A DNA stretch of 62,367 nt, counting the filler, from Sphacelaria rigidula (lineage: Eukaryota): assembly GCA_964200075.2 (NCBI GenBank). It is 10 parts of 10 records of this genome, joined end to end, with 100 filler letters (N's around TTAATTAATTAA, not from the genome) between each part and the next. Parts side by side here need not be neighbours in the genome. Positions count along the whole stretch, not along the records: positions 49,976 to 56,121 come from CAXNAA020021946.1; positions 56,222 to 62,367 come from CAXNAA020021947.1; 8 more parts are not named here. One strand, 5' to 3'. This document shows, piece after piece, positions 50,416 to 62,293 of this stretch; the first letter of the stretch is position 1; every line of letters begins with the position of its first letter. The notes under the pieces are model-generated. The model did not search any database. It saw only the letters and a list, made by a program, of their open reading frames with translations, and was not told the DNA's origin. Position numbers and translations under genes: made by a program.

Positions 50416-51877
50416 GTGTGCCTGAGGGTTCATCTCTACATTTCGTTGGGGTTAGGACCAGGGTTAGGGTTAATGTTAATTCGGGTTGGGTTGGGTTGAG
50501 TTGGGTTGTACAGGATTGAAGGATGATTAACGGTGGCACAAGGGATCACTTTATAAACAAAAACAAGAGTACATGTCCACCGAACTTGCGAAACCCGCGC
50601 ATTAGCGATTCTGCACACAAGAGGATTGTAATCCCTCTTCATTGGTTGGTCCTTCGTATCTTGCGGCCAAACATCACGGAGACACTTCCGACAAGAACGC
50701 GTGCCTCAGTTTGAGCAGACGGCGGCCGCTCGAATCCGAGAAAACACGTGGATGCATGTTTAGGTTCTTTTATTAGGACTGCCAATGTTCTCGTGGTTGG
50801 AGTGGGTCCTCGGTAGAATCACCCCGTCTTTACTGTGTGGATGCCATTCAATAGTGTAGCTAGCCTAGCTTTACACATGATTTCAGAGGAGCAGTGGTTT
50901 CTTAGTGTATCGAGAGCTATTGGTTTCTGAACGGTTGCTCGCAGAATATGCGGCTTGTCTATCGCGAGAATTGGGAATCATGTTTGTTTATTCGTTCACT
51001 GTTGAGTTTTTTTTGCCCAAAAAGTCGTCTCACGTGATGCTTTCTTTCTGCACGGCAGTACGTAAAGCAGGTGGTGAAAGCGTACGAGCGTGTTCACGTA
51101 GGTCACTGCATGCACAGGATGACCGCCAAGCACCAGGCCAGGCTGTACATCCGTGACCCTCTCGAACATACCAAACGATCACAGAGTGAAACGTTCCTGT
51201 CGACTTCCGCAAAATTAGTGAAACACATACAGCGCCGACAAAGTAGAAAACTATGCCCACATGTCACTTGTCATGTCAAGACGATACCGATTCAAGAGAC
51301 GGACAAGCTCGGCGATTTAGGTCCATTACTATCGACACTGTTTTTACGGATATCTCTGAAATTGTCGGGACTGGCAAGGCACTTGATCATTCTCGAATGC
51401 TTGCGAACAATAGCGTATGCACAGGGCAGCTCTCCGAAGTGCTGCGTTGCAGTCTGAATTTTCGGACTTGTCCAGATATGAAGGTCAGTAGAAAAAACCA
51501 AGCCGCTTCACTCTCGGAGAATTGTGAACGCATAGCCCGAAAAAATTGAAATTTTTCCGAGATCTCTGAAAAAAACAATGTCCATAATAATAAGACTTAC
51601 TGGGGGTCCAACATCTCGGGCGCCAGACCTCTTTTCGGAACACATTCCTCAGCCGACGTTCAACGCCGGTAACCCCGATGCCACAGCTAGGCAATCCTCT
51701 CTGTATGCGAGCACCATCCCTGAATGGCAATATGCCATGTATCCCATGATTCCTATGCATACTTTTGAACCGAAGCATTAGTTTCTCTCATGTTTTCCGC
51801 GTTCTACCTAGGGTCCATGTGAGAGGGTTGACGCCCGGGGGGATTGAACAGGGCACTATATACTTACTTCAACACAC

Positions 51878-52516
51878 CTCTCGATCTACAGAAGAGGAGG
51901 AAGAGGCCCCTGTCTCATCCGAGGGGAGATATGAAGGTATCGACGAAGTGCTGCCGCCTTTTTTTGCACTGGCATCATCACTTTCCCCGTCAGCAGATGC
52001 GTACAAGCGCGTCCCATCTGCGACATCACCGATGATCGATGCCCTCGATGGACGACAGAGGTCACGCAACCGCTCATGACATCGCGCATCAGTAGATTTA
52101 CATGTAGTGGGTGCCCTGGGATGACACCGCCGTGATCGTTCAAGCCGAGCCCTCGGCGGTAACCATGCTGATGCTGTGTTCGTAGTGGTCGTCGAAAAAA
52201 ACGTGATGGTGGTGCTGCTGCTATCTTGAAATCGGCACTGGCCCAGGCAACGACGTTTGCATTCATCGTTGATGTTTGATATGGAGAGTATTCCCGCAGT
52301 AGCGGAAGGATTATTGTAGGAGCAGGTCGACAACGGTATGACTGCGGTCGCTGTTGAACGCGGCGATAGCAGCGCAGCGACAAACACAGCGATAGTGACG
52401 ACGATTCTTGTTGTTGGTGTAGTCCAAGCCGGTCGCGTTTGCTTTTTCCTCGGGGCAGGGCACCAGCTGGAGCAGCTCGTATGCATGTTTTTATCCTCGA
52501 TGACGGGGTATAACAC
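51878..52516 (-). CDS. Probable first exon of a protein with an N-terminal targeting sequence; start uncertain (ATG near 52486)
   Basis: Open frame of 215 codons with a hydrophobic stretch (IVVTIAVFVAALL) followed by a Ser/Thr/Arg-rich region, ending at a GAG|GTGTGT donor. Confidence 0.5.
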
Positions 52517-53535
52517 CCCAGAGTTCTTCTACCTTGACTACCTCGAGGATGAATACCCTGTCACTCTCATTAATAGAAACACCCGTTCAAAGATATTTAG
52601 AATGAAGAGAGTATAATGCCGTAGTCGAAAACGACGCAACCCCCGCACTTCTCTCGAGGGAATCGGGGTTGAAATACTAAACACTTGCCGTCAGGGAGGG
52701 GGTGTTATACCCCGTCACTCGATCGGTCACGTTGCGACGAGCACTACACAACTCAGCCGCTATATCACGAACTCCACGAGGAATCGCTCAGGGAAGCGTA
52801 ACACGTACCACGTGGGCTCTTGCCTCAATTTAAGGAATTCTTCCTTTTTTTTTCTCTCTCTATCCTCTATCTGTGCACCTCATAGACACCTCAAGCACAC
52901 AGTAGATTCAGCCTACACTACTACTCTCCTGTACGATGCTGCAAAAAGGTACCACTTTTTAACCTTAGGGTACACCTTTTACTGGTGGATACTGCGTTGC
53001 ACCGTCTCACACAAGACGATGGGCAGATATACGACGATTTCCAATACCTAAAAAGGTTCAATTGCTGCCAAAGGAATACTGGTTGTGTGTTAGCGGGGTG
53101 CGCACGTGTCTGTTGCTAGCATCTCGGTGCTCTGCAGGCCGCTCGCTGCTGATCTTCCGACCACGGATCTGAGCAAAGAAAATATACAAATGTTTAAAAG
53201 TACAAAAATACAAAATATCGAAACGCCACCATGGAATAATAATAAATGATGACATTAATTTACCTAAGCAATCGGAGCTGTTCGGCGCCCCAAAGTGCGT
53301 GTTTGAGGGCTCCTCATTCGGTGACCCACTTCAGACGCTACGTATTTACCTTAGCTTCGCCACTACACAACTACACCACCCCCGCTTACCACTACTACTA
53401 CAACAACTACTACCCCCGGCCCAACACTCTACTCACCGGCAAACGAAAGCAGCTGCTTGGAGTCGAAAGCTTTCGCTTCGCCCATCTCTTCCCTGTTCTA
53501 ATTTAGTGCCAGAAAAAGGAGCCGTGAGCAAAAAG

Positions 53536-53620
53536 ATGTCGTCTGTATCGCTTGAGACGTGCCCATCCTCTGCCGCCTTCTTCGGCTACATGGGAGTCGC
53601 CTCGTCTATGGTCTTTGGCA
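53536..53620 (+). CDS. VHA-c: V-type H+-ATPase 16 kDa proteolipid subunit c, exon 1
   Basis: MSSVSLETCPSSAAFFGYMGVASSMVFG followed by a phase-1 GTGAGT donor, the diagnostic proteolipid N-terminus. The next exon (GAAYGT) was not found before the contig end. Confidence 0.9.
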
Positions 53621-55360
53621 GTGAGTATACCCGTTGTATCTCGTGGAATCGTTACATGGCAGGAGGGAGGGTGGTTAGTTGGGTAGGTTGAGTGTGGTGA
53701 ATGAGGGTTCAAGCGGAGAGAAAGGCGCCCTCCGGTTGGGGAACACCCTTGCGTACCCCTCTTCACTTGTGGCGGTCGAAAGAAGGGTCGGATGCATTTG
53801 CGACTGTCCGGTACCGTCGTGTCCCTTGTTGTGGAATATATACCGCGCATGCGTATGCTTACGTGCTCGCTTCGTAAACCTATTGCGTCGTCAAAGTTAT
53901 GTACCCGGTGCACGGAACTGCACCGCATCCGTCAACGCAAACGCAACCTGCGAGCGATATTTTCTAGACGTGAAGCTAAAACAATTTTCTGTTTTATGTC
54001 TTGTGTTGGTGTCTGGAACCGTTCTCTGGGGTGCGCCTAGGGCTCCGAGCCACCTCAAAATGACCGTAGCGCGTTTGTTCTCATCCGCGTGTGTGTGTCT
54101 TGTGTCGTTGACTTGTGTTGTAGTTGCTCTTCAACGCGTGCCGTCTGCGATTTGATTGACACCCACGTCTTTTGATCGGTTGATCTCCCACTTGTTTTCT
54201 GATACTCCTGTCTTGCGCGATTTCTGCTGCGGAGCCAGAAAGTCGGTGAATGTGGTCAACAAAACACCTTTTTTGAGAAGCCGCACTCGATAGAAACAGC
54301 CCTTGAAAGTTCACCAAAACCCGGCTTCTGTTCTCCTGTCCCTTTCCTGTACCGTACTCTGGTGCTGTAGTGTTGTCGGTACCGTGAAAGTTTCGAGCAC
54401 AAGTTATCCTCTTCGAATCACGACCGTCGGCCTTGAGTTCTGTACTGGATTCCCCCTTCGCTGTACTCTGCCGTGTTCCCCCAATGCACCCCGACAATCC
54501 ATACCTCAACGCCAGCCCGCATTTTTGGAGTCGCGACGCATGCGTTGTGCTCACTGCAGAATGGTAAATGATGTGTGTTTTGCGCCTGTCCACCCCATTC
54601 GAGCGTGCTGCGACAAGTTGTAATACATAAATCAGTACATTCATGTGCGCGGGGGACCCGGCGGAACGGGTGCTGAAGTACATGATGATGTTGCCCAGAT
54701 CATGGAATCTTTTTGCGGTCAATCTGTGCGTGTGGTTTTGATTTTGTCCTACAGGGCGTGACTGAGATACTGTTGCTACAGCAAAAAACTCTTACAATAC
54801 CTTGTGCTTGAGTGCTTGAGTGCAGTCACGTCGGTTGGCGTTCCCATGAATCGATGTACTTTACTGACTGTCCTTTTCACCGTCACCCGAAGAGGTTCCT
54901 ATAAATCGATGTACTCTCCTTACTTACTGTCCTTTTCACCGTTACCCAAAGAGTTGGACCCCTTCGCAGCACTTGACTGGTTGTACGTACGTATTTGTAG
55001 ACGAGTAGGGAAGTGTGAATAGATTGCTCGGCACCCGCGAAGGCACGAAACACGAGAGCTTGTCCGAGTAATCGATCAACAGCAGTCACGGCAAGCATCG
55101 CAGTGCGCTAGAGAGGGCGGGATTGAACTTGTTACAAGATAGACTTGCGGCGGCGGGTTGAACTTCCGTCCGACCCACAGCACATGAAAAACCACCGAGA
55201 TGAGAGGAAAGGAAACCCGACTGCCCGATACAGAATTGATGTCGACCCATACGACTTGTTTCATTTCATGAGCGTCCCATGTACTCTTCGTTCTTCACAT
55301 CGCCGTGGATCGCGGAATCCTTGCAGGGGTGTGTGATGACCGTGCCCCGGTGTCGAATGT

Positions 55361-55418
55361 CGAGCTCTACTTGCCTTGTGGCATGAACATGAGCTCTACT
55401 TGCCTTGTGGCATGAACA
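55361..55418. repeat. Short tandem duplication
   Basis: GAGCTCTACTTGCCTTGTGGCATGAACA occurs twice. Confidence 0.9.
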
Positions 55419-57164
55419 AGAAGATCCCCGATTGGTTAACGGACGATGGGAATGTGAATCTGCCGCGCTCGCACGGCTACCTTGCAAGTGCAGCCAGGGG
55501 TGGTGCAGCCACGCTCTTGAGCGGGACACTGCCGTCATGAACACTCGAGCGGGCAGTACTTGAGAACGGCGACCATCCCCTCTTGTGGATGAGGGGCGGA
55601 TAAAGCGATGAAACCCTGTCTCGTGCGCACAGTGTGCACGTCGCCTGTTGTGTTGGGTCATCGCGTAGCAAGAAACGGCATGATGGAAGGTCGCACGTTT
55701 TCAAGATCGGCTCGACTGCAACCGCTGATTCAGGAGGCTACACCGAAGCTTGTGCATTCGACGGAGGTTGTAGACTGATAAGGAACCTGTCGCATCTGGG
55801 TCAGGATTATCGGCGTCGATGGATGAACAGTAGTTGTTGCGAGGGAGATGGATCCGTACGGCTTTGCTTCATTTCGGAGCCTTTCGGTTTTGTTATCGGG
55901 GCTTCAACGCCTTGTACGCCGTCCTTATTCATCCTCCACTCATAGATGCAACGAACGATGCCCGGCTCTCCGCGTACGCGTGACATCTAACGGATTTATG
56001 AGCTGGCTTGTCCCGTGCCGACACTGTGATATTTCAACAGTGCTATCCCTTGAGTATTGAGCATGCTTGGCAATTGTACTTGCCTTGGAACAGCATGCCT
56101 CACGCTACCCTCCCCCCCCCCNNNNNNNNNNNNNNNNNNNNNNNNNNNNNNNNNNNNNNNNNNNNTTAATTAATTAANNNNNNNNNNNNNNNNNNNNNNN
56201 NNNNNNNNNNNNNNNNNNNNNCCAACCCCACCGGGGGTCCGCCCCTACAAAGCCGGGACGGAGCACGCCGGGTTCTCGCCGGACCAGTCCTACGATAGGG
56301 AGGGGGGGGTATTTTCGGCCACTCCTTGCACGAAATTCCAAGTAAAATCGCCCTTGAATGAAGCAACGGTTGCTCGAACGAGCTTGTTATAGATATATAG
56401 CGCTTGTTTATACCGATTGACACCGTTTCGAGCCAAATACAAGCGCACCGCGAGTGTGGCAGGTCGTCTGACACACTTTTGAGCCTCTTTTTTCGTGCAA
56501 TCAAATACCCCCTTCCCCCCCCCCCTATCGTAGGATGACTCTCGAACCAGCCACATTTCTGGGGGTGAGGGGGGGGGTGGGCTATCGCGGCATCAGTCTT
56601 ACATGGATTGATCTATTTGGTTGATCGTCGCACTTTAACTGACCCCCCAGGGATCCGGCCGTGATCACATGATATAATACGTACACGACGGAAGAGTGTG
56701 TGTGGGTCTTCTGTCCCCCCCCCCTTTTGTTGTTGTAGAAGGTTTTGCGCTTTTCATCCAAGTTTGACGCTGTATTACTGGCATTATTTCATTTTTTCCA
56801 ACCTGGACACGCTGCCTTCTTTGGGTCTCGGTGTCATGTTCTCCATCTCTCTATCTGGGAAATATGATCTCGACTACACTGTTCATATTTTACTTTAGTG
56901 AGTCTTTCCGTTTCGTTCTCCTTGCTTACGCATGTCTACCTTGTGGGTAATGACCACGAGTGGGCTATTCGGAGACTCGGATTTTTCGGAGATCCGTGAG
57001 TGCGCGACAATCAGTCAATCAACAACTTGATGAGTTTTGCCCGCGCCTGTTCTCATCTGCACCCTACATCACGTTTTCCGTTTCATTGCCTCGTCCTTAT
57101 GCATTGTTCACATGTCCACGTCTGTCTACACGATCATTATTTATTGCACCTTGCCCGTGTGGTG

Positions 57165-58307
57165 TTGGCGTAGAGATCTCAAGAAACTGTTCTTGAGATG
57201 CAGACATAAACAAAGTAATAGAAGAGGGTAAGACACGGATAGATAGGATGGATGTGATCCTCGGAGACTCGCAACTGGATACTAGGATCAAGAGATGTAC
57301 CCTGATGAACGTGATTGTACCGGAGCTGGAATATGCAGGAAATGTATGGGAGGGGGCCCCGAAGTTGTTGGCGAAGTTGGACACAGTACAGATGGCAGCA
57401 GCTAAGAAGATACTTGGATGCTCGAAAACGACAAGTAATACAGCATTGAGAGCAGGGTTGGGAATGTACTCACTTAAAACAAACAGAAACATGAGGAAAA
57501 TGAAGTAGCAATATAGCGTAAAGAACATGCAGAGGAAGAGATTGCCAGCTGTAGTTGATAAGGCCGTATGGAAGAAAAGTACGAAAGGGCAGGCTATAAG
57601 GTGGGATAGAGAAGTCGAGAAAGTGTGGAAGGAGATAGGCGGAAACCAAGACGAAATACTGTCCATAGGTGAAGGGGCGGGGTAAAAGGCAAACGTAATA
57701 GACATGATAGAAGTAAGGGGAAAAAGATCGCTCAGACGCAAAGTAGACGAGGAAGAACACCTGAAGATATACGGGGGATTCAGAGAGGGGATAGGGATGA
57801 AAGAATGCCCAATGGACGCTGCGAAGAATTTGAAACTGCGATTTCGAGTGGGGGACCTGGACCTGCCAGAAAGAAAATATATATATACCAGTCGTCGAGA
57901 GGGGGAGGAAGGAGATGCACAGAATGACCCCTGTGGCAAAGCAATAGAGAGCAGAAGTTATACAGTGGCAGAATGTAAACTATACAGGGAGGAACGGGGC
58001 GTGCTAAGGGGAGAAATGCGGGACGTGAACGAAGGTGGGATGAAATCGTTTGATGCATCAGACAGTAGGGAGGAAACGAAGGCTAGACAATGTATAGGAG
58101 ATAAATTGTGGCCAAAGACGGCGAAACAGGCCGGGGATAAGACATGTAAAAGGTTTCGGTATAAATGTCTGGAAGAAACGTAATGAGCACCCAAGTGTTG
58201 GAGGTGAATCTATTAGTGGTAGGAAGGGTGCCCCGTCTCGGAAGGGATGCGTGGTCAATGGCCAAACGACTAAAGCGAGCAATAAATGAGTACGCTCCCC
58301 CCCCCCC
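57165..58307 (+). mobile_element. 5'-truncated decayed non-LTR retrotransposon (end of RT, C-terminal Cys/His motif, 3' end with C-tract)
   Basis: GVEISRNCS*D..IVPELEYAGNVW..KLDTVQMAAAKKILG..ALRAGLG is typical of the LINE RT C-terminus, followed by PCG..ESR..V.EC. In-frame stops are present, and it ends GAGTACGCT(C)11. Confidence 0.92.
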
Positions 58308-58540
58308 GTCGTCGTCGTCGTCCTTTGTTGGACCTGGACAATCCGGGGTTAACACTTCTTCGGGGTTTTCGTTCCTGACTCCTTGTTCCGACCAAGCTCG
58401 TGTGTGTGCGTGCACCAGGAAAAAGCCCCACCTGGTATAACAGCACAGCACAGACGTGGTATTTGTTTGGGTAAGAATTACTGCACCATTTATTTAGCAT
58501 CCGAGAGTTCTTGCGACTGCCTTTCCCGATTCCAAGAGCC

Positions 58541-58853
58541 GCCGCGCCCCGGTGGTGTAATGGTCCGACTGTCGCCTTTAGAGTGGAGAGAACGAGGGTT
58601 CGATCCCCGAAGCGTTGGGTTTTTTCTTCGTAGCATCTGATTTTCCACCGTGGAAAGCGTGAGAACGTGAGAACGTGAGTAAACAAAGTAGTTAACCGAG
58701 TTTGCTTGACGTGAGTTGACGCGGTGCGGGAGTGCTGATAGTCATGACCCAATACGTGGGACCAAAATGCAAGACGTGTACCGCGGAGAGACGGGCTATT
58801 CCCTTGTAACCATAGACTCTTTCCGAGGAAGGGGAGAGGTTCAAAGTGAGACT
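58541..58853 (+). mobile_element. tRNA-derived SINE family B, full length
   Basis: A box TGGTGTAATGG (58553) and B box GGTTCGATCCC (58597), with a body shared with 20865-21182 and 60407-60749. Confidence 0.88.
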
Positions 58854-59174
58854 TTTTATTTTTTTTAATCGCCTGATTTTTCGGTGTGAACGAGGCGGTG
58901 TTCCGTTTGAGGTACAGCAGCTCCTACCCTTCGCGGACTTGGAGCATTCAACTGATAGTACTGTAGTCTCATAGCGTGTTTCCCGGGGTGATACGGTTTT
59001 CACGCCCGCTCACGTTTCTGGTGTGCCAAAAAGTATCCCTCGTGAGTATCACTTGAGGTTGGAAGACCTTTTTTCGAATATTGTCCAGCAACGACCGCGA
59101 GCCTTGTCTTACCGTTCCGCGTTTTTTCATTCAATGCTTGTCTTCCGCATTGTGTGACCGTGGGTATTGTTCAG

Positions 59175-59329
59175 GAGGTCCGGCGTGGCAGCTTCTCCCT
59201 CTGGCAGCCGGGCAGCAGCAGCAGCAGCAAGGTGCGGCTGATGGGACAGAGGGTACCGCTCATGTCGGTGGTGAAGAAGGTGTTTGTCCAACCGGAGGAA
59301 GCGCCAAACGGGATACGGCTAACGGTCAG
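59175..59329 (+). CDS. Orphan candidate exon containing a CAG repeat; reading frame ambiguous
   Basis: TTCAG/GTATTG boundaries, GC-rich, two frames open. Confidence 0.4.
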
Positions 59330-59747
59330 GTATTGATGCCACTTCGAAACGGACGAGGCTTGCTTCCGGACGACCTCTTGCGTTTCATCGAGACAGAGTC
59401 GGAGTCTGTGGATTTGTCTATTTCGTAATATATGGGCCATATTATGCAGGGTTGTTGGTGCTGGCAGGGTGAGATAGTGCGATGGCTATTATAGCTGCAG
59501 CATTGTAGGTGACCGAGACGCAAAAGTAATTTGAGCTATGAGTTGTTACCTTTTTTTTCCTTGTCTCTACAGATCGGGAGGCGTTTGTGTTGGACAGTAT
59601 GGGGGGGGCGGGATGCGGTCGACATGCGGGTAGGAAGCTTTGCGGTAGCCACCAGGACCTGTACACGATGAATTATCTCCACCATTGAAGCCGTGTTGGT
59701 CAGGAAGCCATGGCCTGTTCATCCTGTCTGCACCATGGATGGATTAG

Positions 59748-59845
59748 CCCTTAGATCGCGAGGTTAGTCTTCTGTTGAATTGGCACCAATTTCAAGTGAA
59801 AAGAAGTATGCATGATCCAGAAAGACTAATCTCGCGGTCTAAGGG
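59748..59845. mobile_element. piggyBac-like MITE of about 98 bp, copy 3 (inverted)
   Basis: TTAG-CCCTTAGATCGCGAGG ... CTCGCGGTCTAAGGG-TTAA. Confidence 0.9.
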
Positions 59846-60406
59846 TTAAGCAATCGAATTATCACATTACAAGCATCCAATTCAACCGAGGGAAACAAAG
59901 GACCAGGGGCAATTGGGGTCCACGTCACCACAACCCCTCCACACACTACACACACACCAATTTGCCCGGGTTTCAGTGGCCTGAGTCCTCTGAAGGGTAC
60001 TCATTTGCGACAGACATACATACACATCTCTCTCTATGTATACAAAGATACGGTAGGCGCTATCCGCGGTAGGGGCAACGTTTATTAGAAAGTGGGTGGG
60101 GGGATGGTGACAAACCATCCCCGGCTAAGACCAGACAAATAATTGCTGTCTACTTGCGGAATGAGCGTAACGTTCAACAAAATAAGTAAGACATGGACCC
60201 TTCATTGCCGGGTCTGCACTGGTTTTGCTTGTATCGCTAGGAAATCTTCAGCAAAACACACAAAACGGGGATGGATTGGGAGTATCCCTGGGTAATGAAA
60301 TTCACCTGAAGCCATCAGGGTAAGGTAATTTTGGGGTGGAGGTGACCAGCCCGCGATCGGATTCTACCCCGCGCCCCCATGTTTTACTTTTTAAGTTACG
60401 GACACC

Positions 60407-60749
60407 GCCGGGCCCCGGTGGTGTGAATTAAAATGGTCCGACTGTCATCAGTAGGGTTGAGAAAACGTGTATTTGATTCCTGGCACATGCGTTGTTTTTT
60501 TTTCACCAAGTATCTGATTTCCACCGTCGAAAGCGGTTGTACGTAGGGTAGACAAAAAAAGGTACTCGGCTGAATTTGTTAGACGAGAGTCGACGTGGGG
60601 CAGGAGGAGGTGTTGATCCAATCCGGGATACTGCGTTAAAACGCAAGGCGTGTACCGGGGAGAGATGAATGGGTTGATCCAATTAGACTACTAGAGCACG
60701 GACTCTTCCCAAGGAAGGAGAAGGCTTCCAGGCGTGACAAATAGAAAAG
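60407..60749 (+). mobile_element. SINE family B, diverged copy
   Basis: GCCGGGCCCCGGTGGTGT..ATGGTCCGACTGTC..ATCTGATTTCCACCGT..GGCGTGTACCGGGGAGAG. Confidence 0.8.
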
Positions 60750-61099
60750 ATACCCCCGCCGCCAATAACAACATTTATCTCAAAATCATATTCAACTCAC
60801 GCCGAGACGCTCGTGATAAAGCGCCTCTCCGCAACTGGGTGTTCGTCTGAACAACTTTCTGAGTGTAACCGTAAGCCTTGAATCGACCGAGCGGAATCGA
60901 TTGCCGAGGTGTATCCAGAAGCAAAAAAGTCCAGAAATTCGGCGAAAAAGAGTTCGAGACAGTGCCGAACCGATTTTTTTCATGTGTAACTTCTTAGACA
61001 ACGGTTCCAGGGTTCCTTTCTGGACGAACCAACAGAACTGGTCCTATGTCCTTTTGCCGCAGGCGGCGCCTTTGATTTCTTGTAAAGATCCCCCCCATC

Positions 61100-61177
61100 A
61101 GGTGCTCCGTCTCGAAAGGGATGCGTGGTCAATGGTCAAATGACTAAGGCAAGCAACAAATGAGTACGCCCCCCCCA
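61100..61177 (+). mobile_element. Very short 3' fragment of the non-LTR family
   Basis: GGTGCTCCGTCTCGAAAGGGATGCGTGGTCAATGGTCAAATGACTAAGGCAAGCAACAAATGAGTACGCCCCCCCC. Confidence 0.85.
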
Positions 61178-61370
61178 TCATGAAACACTGACAGCAAATC
61201 GGCCACCAATGTGGATGCTCCCGTGTTCTAGGCAGGGGGCTAAAACTTGTGGACAAGTGTAGCCCAGCAGCCGTCTTGGTTCAGCCTATGGCCTACCCAG
61301 TCTCATGTTGCTGCACAGGGAGAATCAGAAAATACGTGAAAATTAGAGCAAAACTCGGTACACCGCTGCT

Positions 61371-61563
61371 GACACTTTTTAGGATAGCCCCCCCCCAAAA
61401 CCAGCTGAAAGTGTCACGAAAAAAATGGCCATACAGCGCTTCATGTTCGGGTTCAGGCTGCATGAAGCGCCTCATATTAGNNNNNNNNNCATTTCGATTT
61501 ACGTGAAGATTTTTCCTCCCAAAACCATGCACTTTTGGGGGGGGGGCTATCGTAGAAAGTGTC
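61371..61563. mobile_element. GACAC-terminus MITE with 4-bp TSD TGCT (contains an internal assembly gap)
   Basis: TGCT-GACACTTTTTAGGATAGCCCC ... GGGGCTATCGTAGAAAGTGTC-TGCT. Confidence 0.88.
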
Positions 61564-62116
61564 TGCTGTCGTTTTCGTTTTTCTTGTCGAACTCCTTACC
61601 CACCCCCCCTCTGGACGATATTTTTTGTGCCTTGCTCGCACTGTCGTATCGGGCATTGCATGGTTGCGTATTTCAGGGTAGACCAGCTTAAATTATAGTT
61701 GATAGTATTAGCTCGAATAGGGTGTTTCCAGTTGTCAAAAGAGGTATTTTTACGGTAAATGGCCTTCCGAGCCATGACCGCAGTGTTCGGAACGGGGCTC
61801 GACATCCTGCCGGATGATGAAGGGGTGTTCGACACACACTCCGGTATGGGTTAGTATGCCGACCAAAACTCCACTACATTCGGATATACCCTACGAAAAA
61901 TACAGCCTTGGAGAATTGGATCAACCCTGCCGCGGCCTGTAGACGTCCGTTGAACTTGCTTCGTTTGTTCATGTGCCATATGACTTCGACACGGGTCAAG
62001 TCAGTCAGACTGGTTCATATATTTCTCCTCAAAATAGTCACCCGCGGTTCTCCCGACCGCTTTTTACTCTGCAGTAATGCAAGCTTCGGCAATTTGTCAG
62101 GACTCTTTACGATACA

Positions 62117-62293
62117 CGTTACAAGTACGTTAGACGCCACAAAACATACATCACAAGGATGTGACGTACTGTAACGTATGTTTTTCGAATACGTCACAAA
62201 TGTGACGTGACGTAACGTACCGGTGAAAATGTGTGACGTGACGTATTTTTTTCAACGTCACAGTAACGTAGTTTGAAACGTTTCCTGTAACGT
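62117..62293. repeat. Fold-back element rich in GTGACGT/GTAACGT motifs, a possible MITE
   Basis: Ends CGTTACAAGTACGTT / AACGTTTCCTGTAACG, with about ten internal ACGT-core motifs in both orientations. Confidence 0.55.

Noticed and set aside
51058..51690. Additional small exons on either strand downstream of the 52516 ORF
   Set aside because: The candidates conflict in strand, and the best minus-strand exon (about 51601-51686) has an in-frame stop in the required phase.
57097..57939. 280-aa hydrophobic minus-strand ORF as a membrane protein
   Set aside because: It is the antisense shadow of the purine-rich LINE ORF2 remnant.
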